In this document: positions 51,981 through 60,969 of the stretch, piece by piece
Layout of the letters: each line of letters begins with the position of its first letter
Position numbering within the stretch: position 1 is the first letter of the stretch
Assembly: GCA_963708555.1 (NCBI GenBank)
Contig: CAVPTF010000014.1
Coordinates: 33,123 to 97,122, forward strand
Direction: 5' to 3'
Source: an uncultured Alphaproteobacteria bacterium
GTDB taxonomy: Bacteria; Pseudomonadota; Alphaproteobacteria; Micropepsales; Micropepsaceae
Length of the DNA: 64,000 bases
Notes under the pieces: generated by a model
What the model saw: the letters and a program-made list of their open reading frames with translations, nothing else
Told to the model about the DNA's origin: nothing
Databases searched by the model: none
Program-made: the position numbers and the translations under genes

Positions 51981-53933
51981 GCAGGGTCTCGCCTGTCCTC
52001 GATGCGCTCTGCGAGATCCTCCGAGACACGCGCGATCACGTCGTCCCAGTCGCGGGGAACAGTCTGGCGATGGAGCCTGACGGAGCTGTACCAGGGCATG
52101 GACGCACCGTGCGCGCCGTAGCGCCATTCCGCCGCCGACGGGACCATGACCCAGCATTGCTGCCCGATGGCTCCGCTCAAATGCACGACAGCGGTCTGCA
52201 CGCTGATGACCACATCGAGCGCCGCAACGAGCCCCGCCAACTGATCGAAATCCTCGATGTCCTCCGGCGCGAAGCACGTGATCGGCGCGGCCAGCGAAGC
52301 ATTGGCCTCGGCGATTTCGTCTCGCGGATCGCCGTATTGGAGGCTGACGAAGTGCGCATCGGAGAGCTCGAGGATGGGCTGCCAAAGCTCGAGCGGAATG
52401 GATCGCGCATTCCGCCGGCTCTTGTTGGTGCCTCCCCTCCAGGAGATGCCGACCTTCAGCCCGCTGCCGAGACCTGAGAGCCGTGCTCGCCACGTCTCTG
52501 TGATCGTGTCGTCGGGCACGAGATAGCGGTCGCGCTGCGGGAACGCTTCGGCGGAGTTGCGGTAAAGCCGGCCGAGGCTTCCGATCGGGAGGGCGGCGTC
52601 AAATGTCACCGGGGGCCCGGAGCGGCGGCGTTTGTTTCGGCACGATCTCCGCCTGCGGGAACGATCTCGCGTAGAGCTGCGCAAGCCGCCGGTCGCACTC
52701 CAGGCTCACGCTTCGCGCATCTTGCAGCAGGTCGGGAACGAGGCCCGCGAACATGATCTCGTCGCCCACGCCTTGTTCCGCCACCAGCAGGACGCGTTTG
52801 TCGCGCAGCGTCTCCCTGCTCGCAGCAGCGGTGAAGAAGGCCGTGTCCAGACCGGCGCGGCCTTCGTTCCACAGCGCGGGCGATCTTAGGCGCTGCTCGT
52901 AATCCTCCCAGCCTCGCGCGAAATCTCCGAGCGTCAGGCGGGCGAGCGCGCGGTTGTACGCGGCCTCTGCGTCGGACGGCGCTATGGCGAGCACGCGATC
53001 GAAGGTCGCGATCGCGTCCTCGGCGCGATTGAGGTCCCTCAGCGCCGCGCCGCGATTGTTGAGCGCGTTCAGGTGGAACGGATTGATGGCGAGGGCACGG
53101 TCGAAGCTTAAGAGCGCATCCTCGAAACGGTTCAGCGCCTGAAGCGCCACGCCGCGGCTGTTATGCGCCTCGATGGAATTGGGATCGAGCGACAATGCAC
53201 GCACGGCGCTCGCCAGCGCGTCCTCGATGCGATTGAGCTCCCTCAATGTGTTTCCGCGGTTGTTGAATGCTTCCGCATAGGAGGGATGGAGCGCGATCGC
53301 CCGATCGAAATCCGCCAGCGCATTCTCGAAGCGCTTCATCCGGTGGAAGACAAGGCCGCGATTGTTGAACGCGGCCGGCATGCCGGGAGCCGTCTCGATG
53401 GCCGCATTGAGGCTCGCAAGAGCCTCCTCGAAACGGCCGAGCTCGATCAGGCTATGGCCGCGGTTGGTCAGCAATTCCGGTGAGCCCGGGTAAAGCTCGA
53501 GCGCCTTGTCGTAACTCGCAAGCGCATCCGCGTAGCGGCCGAGCGCGTGCTGAGCGGCGCCTCGATTGGCCCACGCGTGGGCGAGACCGGGTTGGAGAGC
53601 AGCGGCCTTGTCGAAGCATGCGAACGCATCGCCGACCCGGCCCAGCCCCATCAGCGCCAGGCCGCGATGGCTCTGCAATTCGGCGATGTCGGGATTGATG
53701 CTCGAAGCGATCTCGAAGTGCTGCATGGCCTCGGCGAGCTTGTTCTGCTGCAGCTCGATGACGCCGAGCATATGCACCGCATCGAAATGATGCGGGTCGA
53801 TGCGCAGCATGGAGCGGTAGAGCGCTCCGGCCTCGTTCAGGCGGCCCTGCTGATGATGAGCCAGCGCCTGCTTGAGCTGGGACTGCAACGGCGCCTGGTT
53901 GGTGCCGGGAGTGGAATGCGCTGCGTCTCGCAT
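51977..53933 (-). pseudogene. TPR-repeat protein fused to a GT9 (heptosyltransferase-like) glycosyltransferase domain, one frame change
   Basis: About 9 TPR units (e.g. AEAFNNRGNTLRELNRIEDALASAVRALSLDPN). These are followed by VLLVAEQGVGDEIMFAGL and, after a change near 52615, ...LKVGISWRGG...LVAALDVVISVQTAVVHLSGAIGQQCWVMVP.... Confidence 0.75.
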
Positions 53934-54147
53934 AGGGCCCTTGAACGGCGGGGAGATGTCCCGCGTCTCGCCTCGCGCCGGCCTTCGGCCGACGGCAGCA
54001 CTTCATGCGCACAGATTTTTGACAGCTGTGTAACGGAACGGACCTGGCGCAGAATGGCTTGCCGAGCCGTAGCTCGCGGATGGAGTGGTCCGCCTCGCCC
54101 GAAGGGCTTCGGCGCGACATCCTTGCTCGCTGCTGCGCAGCGAAGAA

Positions 54148-54222
<75 letters not shown>

Positions 54223-54285
54223 ACTCAAGACGACGGGACGGCCTCTATACCGTTGCCGTTGGAAACCTGGCAAGCGCTCAGCGCT

Positions 54286-54645
54286 TCAGGCCGCCATCAT
54301 CCGTTCCACCTCCTGCACGATCTCGCGCAGGTGGAACGGCTTGGAGAGAACCTTGGCGTGCCGCGGGGCTTCGGAGGCGGGATGCAGCGCGACCGCGGCA
54401 AACCCGGTGATGAACATGATCTTGAGCGCGGGGTTGAGGTCGGCCGCGCGCTTGGCGAGCTCGATGCCGTCGAGCCCGGGCATCACGATATCGGAGAGGA
54501 GAAGGTCGAAGCGCACGCCGCGCAGGCATTCATAGGCCTGGGCCCCGTCGCCGAACGCGGTGACGTCGTGACCCGCCCGCTCCAGGGCTTGAGCCAGGAA
54601 CCGCCGCATGGATTCATCGTCTTCGGCAAGTAGAATGCTGGCCAA
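54286..54645 (-). CDS. cpdR: single-domain response regulator CpdR
   Basis: MASILLAEDDESMRRFLAQALERAGHDVTAFGDGAQAYECL...DLLLSDIVMPGLDGIELAKRA...KIMFITGF...LSKPFHLREIV. It is adjacent to an N-formylglutamate amidohydrolase gene, as in many alphaproteobacteria. Confidence 0.75.
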   Translation of the reverse strand: MASILLAEDDESMRRFLAQALERAGHDVTAFGDGAQAYECLRGVRFDLLLSDIVMPGLDGIELAKRAADLNPALKIMFITGFAAVALHPASEAPRHAKVLSKPFHLREIVQEVERMMAA

Positions 54646-54885
54646 AATGCTCCCCCTAGAACCTCAACTAGACCATCTATCGTACGAATGGAATCCGCTA
54701 ACTTGACGCCCCGTCACCCAGGCAATCTGAATCTCTCATGAAAGTTTGTATTAGGCATCCGAATTGCGGACTCAGCGTAAACGCGCGGTGCTAGGGTCCC
54801 ATATGTTGGGCGGGAAACCGCAGCTTCACCTTGATCGCGCGGCCCGCGAGTGTTCCATTGGGCGGCGCAAGTCGCGAAGTGGCCG

Positions 54886-55818
54886 ATGACCGGAAACGCC
54901 GCCCTCAGCTCCGCCCGTCCAGCCGATCCCGGCTCGGAGGAGGCGCTTGCCGACGCCAATCTCCGCGCCCTTGCGGCGGAGCCGGTGGTCATCCGGAAGC
55001 CCCGCGGTCAAAGGGTGCCTTTCATCTTTGCCTCGCCGCATAGCGGCCGGTTCTATCCGTTAAGCTTCGCCCAGAGCTCGCGCCTCGATGCCATCAGCCT
55101 CCGCCGCTCCGAGGACGCTTTCGTCGACGAGCTGTTCGACAGCGTCACCGAGCTGGGCGCGCCCATGATCTGCGCGCGGTTCCCTCGCGCCTTCGTCGAT
55201 GCGAACCGCGCGCCCGGCGAGCTCGATCCCGCGATGTTCGATGCGCCCCTGAATGCGGTCGGACCGCGCTCGCCCCGCGTGGCTGCGGGGCTCGGCGTGA
55301 TCCCGCGCGTGGTCCGCGACGGTCTCGAGATCTACGGCACGCGCCTCCCCGCCGGCGAAGCCGTGTTCCGGCTCGAGCACTTCTATCGCCCCTACCATGC
55401 GGCGCTCGCCGGTCTCGTGGAGCAGACGCGCGCCGAATTCGGCGTGGCCGTGGTCATCGATTGCCACTCCATGCCGCCGCCGGCCAAGGCTCATGACATC
55501 GTGCTCGGCGATTGCTATGGCGAGGCGGCCGCTCCCGAGCTGATCGGGCAGATGCAGAAAATCCTTTCCGGACTGGGCTTCTCGGTCGCTCGCAACGCGC
55601 CCTATGCCGGCGGCTACACCACGCATCTCTACGGCCGGCCGCACGAAGGCGTCCACGCGATCCAGGTCGAGGTCAGCCGCGCTCTCTATCTCGATGAGAC
55701 CCTCATGGAGAAAAGCGCAGGCTTCGCGTCCTGCCGTGATCGCCTGCGCGCGTTCGCGGCGAAGCTCCTCGCCGAAGCGGGCGCCGTTCTCAAAACGGCT
55801 CGCCGCGCGCCGCGCTGA
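54886..55818 (+). CDS. N-formylglutamate amidohydrolase family protein
   Basis: ...VPFIFASPHSGRFYP...RFPRAFVDANRAPGELD...VVIDCHSMP...YAGGYTT...HAIQVEVSRALY. The start is taken as ATG 54886 (MTGNAAL). Confidence 0.8.
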   Translation: MTGNAALSSARPADPGSEEALADANLRALAAEPVVIRKPRGQRVPFIFASPHSGRFYPLSFAQSSRLDAISLRRSEDAFVDELFDSVTELGAPMICARFPRAFVDANRAPGELDPAMFDAPLNAVGPRSPRVAAGLGVIPRVVRDGLEIYGTRLPAGEAVFRLEHFYRPYHAALAGLVEQTRAEFGVAVVIDCHSMPPPAKAHDIVLGDCYGEAAAPELIGQMQKILSGLGFSVARNAPYAGGYTTHLYGRPHEGVHAIQVEVSRALYLDETLMEKSAGFASCRDRLRAFAAKLLAEAGAVLKTARRAPR

Positions 55819-55832
55819 CCCCGTCCAAAGCG

Positions 55833-55861
55833 AAAAAAAGGGCCGTCCCGAAGGACGGCCC
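55833..55861 (-). terminator. intrinsic terminator (minus-strand orientation)
   Basis: On the minus strand, GGGCCGUCC-UUCG-GGACGGCCC (9-bp GC stem, UUCG loop) is followed by U7 (A7 at 55833-55839 on the plus strand). In the plus orientation it is followed only by AAGUUUA. Confidence 0.8.
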
Positions 55862-55925
55862 AAGTTTAGGGAGGAAACGCCCCGGACGGGGCCGCGGCAC
55901 GCAGGAGGAGTAAGCAATGCCGCAC
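55833..55925 (-). ncRNA. candidate trans-acting small RNA with two C/U-rich anti-SD motifs (possibly MmgR/alpha-r8- or AbcR-like)
   Basis: The minus strand reads: hairpin GCGGCA/UGCCGC with an 18-nt loop containing CUCCUCC; a GCCCC-GUCC-GGGGC hairpin; single-stranded GUUUCCUCCCUAAAC; then a perfect terminator plus U7. No plausible ORF is present. The 5' end is inferred from promoter-like hexamers only. Confidence 0.5.
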
Positions 55926-55931
55926 CGCAGT

Positions 55932-55960
55932 AATATTCTATATTGCATGTGCGAACGCAA
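55932..55960 (-). promoter_or_regulatory. sigma-70-like promoter candidate for the sRNA
   Basis: On the minus strand, TTGCGT (55960-55955), a 17-nt spacer, then AATATT (55937-55932). An overlapping TAGAAT (55940-55935) is an alternative -10. Confidence 0.35.
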
Positions 55961-55979
55961 GCGCTTTTTCAGATCTCCA

Positions 55980-55997
55980 CAGTCATAGTGGTGTCAC
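55980..55997 (+). promoter_or_regulatory. candidate Pho box (PhoB site)
   Basis: CAGTCAT-AGTG-GTGTCAC compared with the consensus CTGTCAT-N4-CTGTCAT matches 11 of 14 positions. It lies in the AT-rich region about 235 nt upstream of plcP. Confidence 0.35.
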
Positions 55998-56229
55998 AAA
56001 ATACACTACATATTACAAGATGTTATCTGTTAAATCCGGAGTGCTTCTTCCGTGTTCTGCAATGCACAAAAGATATGCAAGAACGGCGTTAAGCATCCAT
56101 CGAACCATCATCGAACTGCCACAGGGGAGTCATCGAATCAGGGCACAGCACTCGGGAAGTCGGCGATTCGGTTGTCCGGCAACGGCGCTGAAATCCTGGC
56201 TTGTGTAACGAGTAACCCAGGAGTGCTCG

Positions 56230-57078
56230 ATGAGATCACCCCAAGAGGCGCTGGCCCCGGATCAGGCGCGCCGTCACCGCACCATCTTCATCTCCGATGT
56301 CCATCTCGGCACGCCCGGCTGCAAGGCCGAGCTGCTCGCGGATTTTCTCACCCACAACGACTGCAGGACGCTCTACCTCGTCGGCGACGTCGTCGATTTC
56401 TGGCGGCTCAAGCGGAGCTGGTTCTGGAGCGCGGCCCATAGCCGCGTGATCGACGCCATCCTCGCCAAGGTGAAGGGCGGCACGCGGGTCATCTACGTTC
56501 CAGGGAACCACGACGAGGCCTTCCGCGACTATTGCGGCGTGATGCTGGCCGGCGTCGAGCTGATGCCCGAAGCGATCCATCGCACCGCGGATGGGCGCGA
56601 GTTCCTGGTGATCCACGGCGATGCCTTCGACGGGATCGTCACCTATGTGCGCTGGCTCGCGCTGCTCGGCGACCGCGCCTACGCCGCAGCGCTTTGGCTC
56701 AACGATGTGGTCAATGTCGCCCGCCGCCGCTTCGGACTGCCGTACTGGTCGCTCTCGGCCTTCCTGAAGCACAAGGTGAAGAACGCGGCCGCCTTCATCA
56801 CCGATTTCGAGGACGCGGTCGCCCGCGCCGCGCATTTGCGCGGCGTCGACGGCGTGGTCTGCGGGCACATCCACCATGCGCAGATCAAGACCATCAACGG
56901 CGTCCTCTACTGCAATGACGGCGACTGGGTCGAAAGCTGCACGGCGCTGACCGAGGATGCGCGCGGACGCCTGGAAATCGTCGAGTGGACGCGCTTCGCC
57001 TACGAACGCAACCGCGCCGCGCAGCACGGAGCGCGCAGCCCCGTGTTTCATGGTCCGCGCCAGCCCGTGGCGGCCTGA
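56230..57078 (+). CDS. plcP: LpxH-family metallophosphoesterase, PlcP-like phospholipase C (often annotated UDP-2,3-diacylglucosamine diphosphatase)
   Basis: Metallophosphoesterase motifs IFISDVHLG, LVGDVVD, VPGNHD, VIHGD and VCGHIHH. It is immediately followed by a GT4 glycosyltransferase, the plcP-agt arrangement. Confidence 0.65.
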   Translation: MRSPQEALAPDQARRHRTIFISDVHLGTPGCKAELLADFLTHNDCRTLYLVGDVVDFWRLKRSWFWSAAHSRVIDAILAKVKGGTRVIYVPGNHDEAFRDYCGVMLAGVELMPEAIHRTADGREFLVIHGDAFDGIVTYVRWLALLGDRAYAAALWLNDVVNVARRRFGLPYWSLSAFLKHKVKNAAAFITDFEDAVARAAHLRGVDGVVCGHIHHAQIKTINGVLYCNDGDWVESCTALTEDARGRLEIVEWTRFAYERNRAAQHGARSPVFHGPRQPVAA

Positions 57079-57097
57079 GCTGTCGCTCGAGCTCCCG

Positions 57098-58198
57098 ATG
57101 GCGACGCTTTCCCGAGTGCTTCCAGCTCCGCGCGTTGCGCGGCGCGCGGCCATTGCGCAGGTCGCTACACGGCGGCCCGCGGAAGGCCTGCGCATCCTGA
57201 TCGTCACCGACGCCTGGAGGCCGCAGGTGAACGGCGTCGTGCGGACTCTGGAATCGCTCGCCCGCGAGCTTGCGCTCATCGGCCACGAGGTGCGCTTCGC
57301 GACGCCCGAGCATCTGATGACCGTGCCGCTTCCCACTTATCCCGAGATCCGGCTCGCCCTGTTTCCGCGGCAAGCCATCCTCGGCGCTCTCAAGGCGTTC
57401 GAGCCCGATGCGATCCACATCGCGACCGAAGGTCCGATGGGACTCTCCGCGCGCTCGATCTGCATCGAGCGCGGCTTGAGCTTCACAACCTCGTTCCACA
57501 CCCGGTTTCCGGATTATGTGCGCGCGCGCTTTCCCTTCATTCCCGAAGCCGCGATCTACCGGGCGCTGAGAGCGTTTCACAGGCCGGTCACCGCCATCAT
57601 GGCCGCGACGCACTCGCTGAAGCGGGAACTGGAGAGCCGGGGCTTCCGCAATGTCCGGCTGTGGTCGCGCGGCGTCGATACCGATCTCTTCAAGCCCACA
57701 CCGCGCGATGCGTTCGAAGAACTCGGGCTCTCGCTCAAGCGGCCCGTGTTTCTCTATGTCGGTCGGGTCGCGGTGGAGAAGAACGTCGAAGCCTTTCTCC
57801 GGCTCGATCTGCCGGGAACGAAGGTCGTCGTTGGCGACGGTCCGCAGCGCGCGAGCCTTCAGGCCCGCTATCCGGACGCGCATTTCCTAGGGAACCGCCG
57901 GGGCGATGAATTGTCGCGGCTCTACGCATCGAGCGACGTCTTCGTCTTTCCCAGCCGCACGGACACATACGGTCTGGTCATTTTGGAGGCACTCGCATGC
58001 GGAACCCCGGTGGCGGCGTATCCCGTGCCCGGACCGCTCGATGTCGTCGGAAACGCGGCCATTGCGGCCCTGAACGAGGATTTGCGCGCGGCCTGTCTGT
58101 CGGCGCTCACCATCTCAGCCCAAGCCTGCCGCGAATTTGCGCTCACGCGCACGTGGCGCACCTGCGCTAAGCAATTCCTGGAGAATCTCGCCTATTAA
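57098..58198 (+). CDS. GT4-family glycosyltransferase (Agt-like glycolipid synthase candidate)
   Basis: LRILIVTDAWRPQVNGVVRTLESL...FLYVGRVAVEKNVEAFL...VFVFPSRTDTYGLVILEALACGTPVAA contains the E-x7-E region. It starts 20 nt after the plcP stop. Confidence 0.7.
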   Translation: MATLSRVLPAPRVARRAAIAQVATRRPAEGLRILIVTDAWRPQVNGVVRTLESLARELALIGHEVRFATPEHLMTVPLPTYPEIRLALFPRQAILGALKAFEPDAIHIATEGPMGLSARSICIERGLSFTTSFHTRFPDYVRARFPFIPEAAIYRALRAFHRPVTAIMAATHSLKRELESRGFRNVRLWSRGVDTDLFKPTPRDAFEELGLSLKRPVFLYVGRVAVEKNVEAFLRLDLPGTKVVVGDGPQRASLQARYPDAHFLGNRRGDELSRLYASSDVFVFPSRTDTYGLVILEALACGTPVAAYPVPGPLDVVGNAAIAALNEDLRAACLSALTISAQACREFALTRTWRTCAKQFLENLAY

Positions 58199-58313
58199 GC
58201 TTGGCTGTTTGCCGCCATTGCCCCGGCGGAGTCGCACCTATATAAGCCCCGGCTTCGCGTCCGCATCAGCCGCGGCTTCGCGTCCGCCGGCCCGGACCAG
58301 AAACGAATCGCTC

Positions 58314-60137
58314 ATGGACATTCGAAATATCGCCATCATCGCCCATGTCGACCATGGGAAGACCACGCTGGTCGACCAATTGCTGAAGCAATCGGGCGCG
58401 ATCCGCGACAATCAGCAGGTGCAGGAACGCGCGCTCGATTCCAACGATCAGGAGCGCGAACGCGGGATCACGATTCTCGCGAAGTGCACCAGCGTCGAAT
58501 TTGGCAAGACGCGCATCAATATCGTGGACACGCCGGGCCACGCCGATTTCGGCGGCGAGGTCGAGCGCATCCTCTCGATGGTCGATGGCGTGGTCCTCTT
58601 GGTGGACGCGGCCGAATCGGTGATGCCGCAGACGAAATTCGTGCTGTCCAAAGCGCTGAAGCTCGGTCTGAAGCCGATCGTCGTGATCAACAAGATCGAC
58701 CGCTCGGACGCGCGCCCCAAAGAGACGCTCGAGGAGATCTTCGATCTCTTCTTGGCGCTCGAAGCCAACGACTATCAGCTCGACTTCCATGTGCTCTATG
58801 CCTCGGGCCGCCAGGGCTGGGCCGTCGCCGATCTCAACCACCCGCACGAAAATCTCGGGCCGCTGTTCGAGCGCATCGTTGCCGATGTCCCTGCGCCCAA
58901 GCCGCTGGAACGGGCAGGCGATGCCTATCCGTTCGCGATGCTGGTGACGACGCTCGAAGCCGATCCCTATCTCGGCCGCGTGCTCACGGGACGCATCGAA
59001 TCGGGCGCGATCACGGTGAACCGCCAGATCAAGGCGCTGTCGCGCGACGGCCGCGTGGTCGAGCGCGCCCGCGCGACCAAGCTGCTCTCGTTCCGCGGTC
59101 TCGCGCGCGTGCCGACCGATCGCGCCGAAGCCGGCGACATCGTCGCCATCGCGGGCCTCGAAGACGCGACCGTCGCCGACACGCTCTGCGACATCGCCGT
59201 GGAAACAGCGCTTCCCGCCAATCCGATCGATCCGCCCACGCTCGCGATCACGGTCTCGGTCAACAATTCACCGCTCGCGGGCCGCGAAGGCGAAAAGGTG
59301 CAGAGCCGCGTCATCCGCGACCGGCTGTTGCGCGAGGCCGAAGGCAATGTCGCGATCCACGTGAGCGAAGTGGACGAAGCGGCCTACGAGATCGCCGGCC
59401 GCGGCGAGCTGCAATTGGGCGTGCTGATCGAGACGATGCGCCGCGAAGGCTTCGAGCTCGCGATCAGCCGTCCGCGCGTGCTCTACAAAAACGACGAGGC
59501 CACCGGCGCGCGTCTCGAACCGATCGAAGAAGTGACGATCGACGTCGACGAGCCGTACGCCGGCATCGTCATCGAGAAGGTCAGCACGCGCAAAGGCGAC
59601 ATGCGCGATATGCGCTCGACGGGCGCGGGCAAGACGCGGATCGTCTTCCACGCGCCGTCGCGCGGCCTGATCGGCTATCACGGCGAGTTCATGACGGACA
59701 CGCGCGGCACGGGCGTGATGAACCGCATGTTCCACGGTTACGCGCCGTATCGGGGCGCGGTCGAGGGCCGCCGCAACGGCGTGCTGGTCTCGACCGGCGA
59801 GGGAACCTCGGTCGCCTATGCGCTCTGGTATATCGAAGAGCGCGGCAAGCTCTTCATCATTCCCGGCACGCGCGTCTATCAGGGCATGATCATCGGCGAG
59901 AATTCGCGCGACAACGATCTCGACGTCAATCCGCTGAAGTCAAAGCAGCTCACCAACATCCGCACGCACTCGAAGGACGAGGCGGTGCGTTTGACGCCGG
60001 TCATTCCGCCGACGCTCGAACAGTCGATCGCCTATATCGAGGACGACGAGCTCGTCGAGGTGACGCCGAAATCGATCCGCCTGCGCAAGCGCGCGCTTCT
60101 GCCCCATCTGCGCAAGAAGAAGGCCGAAGTGGAGTAA
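58314..60137 (+). CDS. typA: translational GTPase TypA/BipA
   Basis: MDIRNIAIIAHVDHGKTTLVDQLL...DTPGHADFGGEVER...VINKIDR.... The intact 607-aa ORF starts at ATG 58314 within track ORF 58137..60137. Confidence 0.95.
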   Translation: MDIRNIAIIAHVDHGKTTLVDQLLKQSGAIRDNQQVQERALDSNDQERERGITILAKCTSVEFGKTRINIVDTPGHADFGGEVERILSMVDGVVLLVDAAESVMPQTKFVLSKALKLGLKPIVVINKIDRSDARPKETLEEIFDLFLALEANDYQLDFHVLYASGRQGWAVADLNHPHENLGPLFERIVADVPAPKPLERAGDAYPFAMLVTTLEADPYLGRVLTGRIESGAITVNRQIKALSRDGRVVERARATKLLSFRGLARVPTDRAEAGDIVAIAGLEDATVADTLCDIAVETALPANPIDPPTLAITVSVNNSPLAGREGEKVQSRVIRDRLLREAEGNVAIHVSEVDEAAYEIAGRGELQLGVLIETMRREGFELAISRPRVLYKNDEATGARLEPIEEVTIDVDEPYAGIVIEKVSTRKGDMRDMRSTGAGKTRIVFHAPSRGLIGYHGEFMTDTRGTGVMNRMFHGYAPYRGAVEGRRNGVLVSTGEGTSVAYALWYIEERGKLFIIPGTRVYQGMIIGENSRDNDLDVNPLKSKQLTNIRTHSKDEAVRLTPVIPPTLEQSIAYIEDDELVEVTPKSIRLRKRALLPHLRKKKAEVE

Positions 60138-60167
60138 CGCCATCGGCGTTCTCGCGCGTATCGTGCT

Positions 60168-60956
60168 ATGACGCGATACATGGACAGCGAACTCGAAGCC
60201 CGTCTCGCCTTCGCCCATCGCCTCGCCGATGCGGCGCGTGCGGTCATCCGTCCTTATTTCCGCCGCCGCATCGACGTGACGGACAAAGGCTCGAAAGGGT
60301 TCTTCGATCCCGTCACCGATGCCGACAAGGGCGCCGAGCGGGTGATGCGCGACATGATCGCGAACACTTATCCCGCACGACGGAATCATCGGCGAGGAGT
60401 ATGGCGAGCGCAGCGGGGACAGCGGCTTCGTCTGGGTTCTCGATCCGGTCGACGGCACGCGCGCCTTCATCGCCGGACAGCCGTTATGGGGCACGCTGAT
60501 CGCGCTCGAGCACGAACGGCGAGCCCGTCATCGGCGTTCTCGATCAGCCGTTTCTCGATGAGCGCTTCACCGGTTTTGGCGGCGTGACCGAATTCCGCAA
60601 CGCGTCGTCGACGGAGCGGCTCAAGACGCGCCCCTGTGCGCGCGCTCGCCGATGCCGTCATCACCACCACGCATCCGATGCTGCATTTCAAGGACGCCGA
60701 GCGCCAACGTTACTTCGACGTCGAGAAGCGCTGCCGGCTCTCGCGCTATGGCGGCGACTGTTACGGTTACGCGCTCGTCGCCATGGGCTTTGTCGATCTC
60801 GTCATCGAGACCGATCTCAAGCGCTGGGACATCGCGCCGCTCATCCCGATCATCGAGGGCGCGGGCGGCATCGTCACGAATTGGGAAGGCCAGTCGATGA
60901 GCGAGGGCGGCGACGTCATCGCCGCGGGCGATGCCGCGTCCATGCCGAAGCGCTGA
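60168..60956 (+). pseudogene. inositol monophosphatase family protein (probable histidinol-phosphatase HisN), three +1 frame changes
   Basis: MTRYMDSELEARLAFAHRLADAARAVIRPYF...DPVTDADKGAERVMRDMI | DGIIGEEYGERSGDSGFVWVLDPVDGTRAFIAGQPLWGTLIALEH | GEPVIGVLDQPFLDERF... | LADAVITTTHP...YGGDCYGYALVAMGFVDLVIETDLKRWDIAPLIPIIEGAGG.... Frame changes are near 60378, 60515 and 60640. Confidence 0.75.
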
Positions 60957-60969
60957 AGATCCTCTCGCG

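Noticed and set aside
55840-55861. The hairpin as the terminator of the plus-strand amidohydrolase gene
   Set aside because: In the plus orientation the stem is followed by AAGUUUA and has no U tract. The U7 tract is on the minus strand, so I assign it to a minus-strand transcript. Some bidirectional activity cannot be excluded.
55833-55946. A small protein (about 58 codons from ATG 55946, minus strand) instead of an sRNA
   Set aside because: The ORF has no RBS. It would read through the terminator hairpin and into the convergent gene, and its translation is low-complexity.
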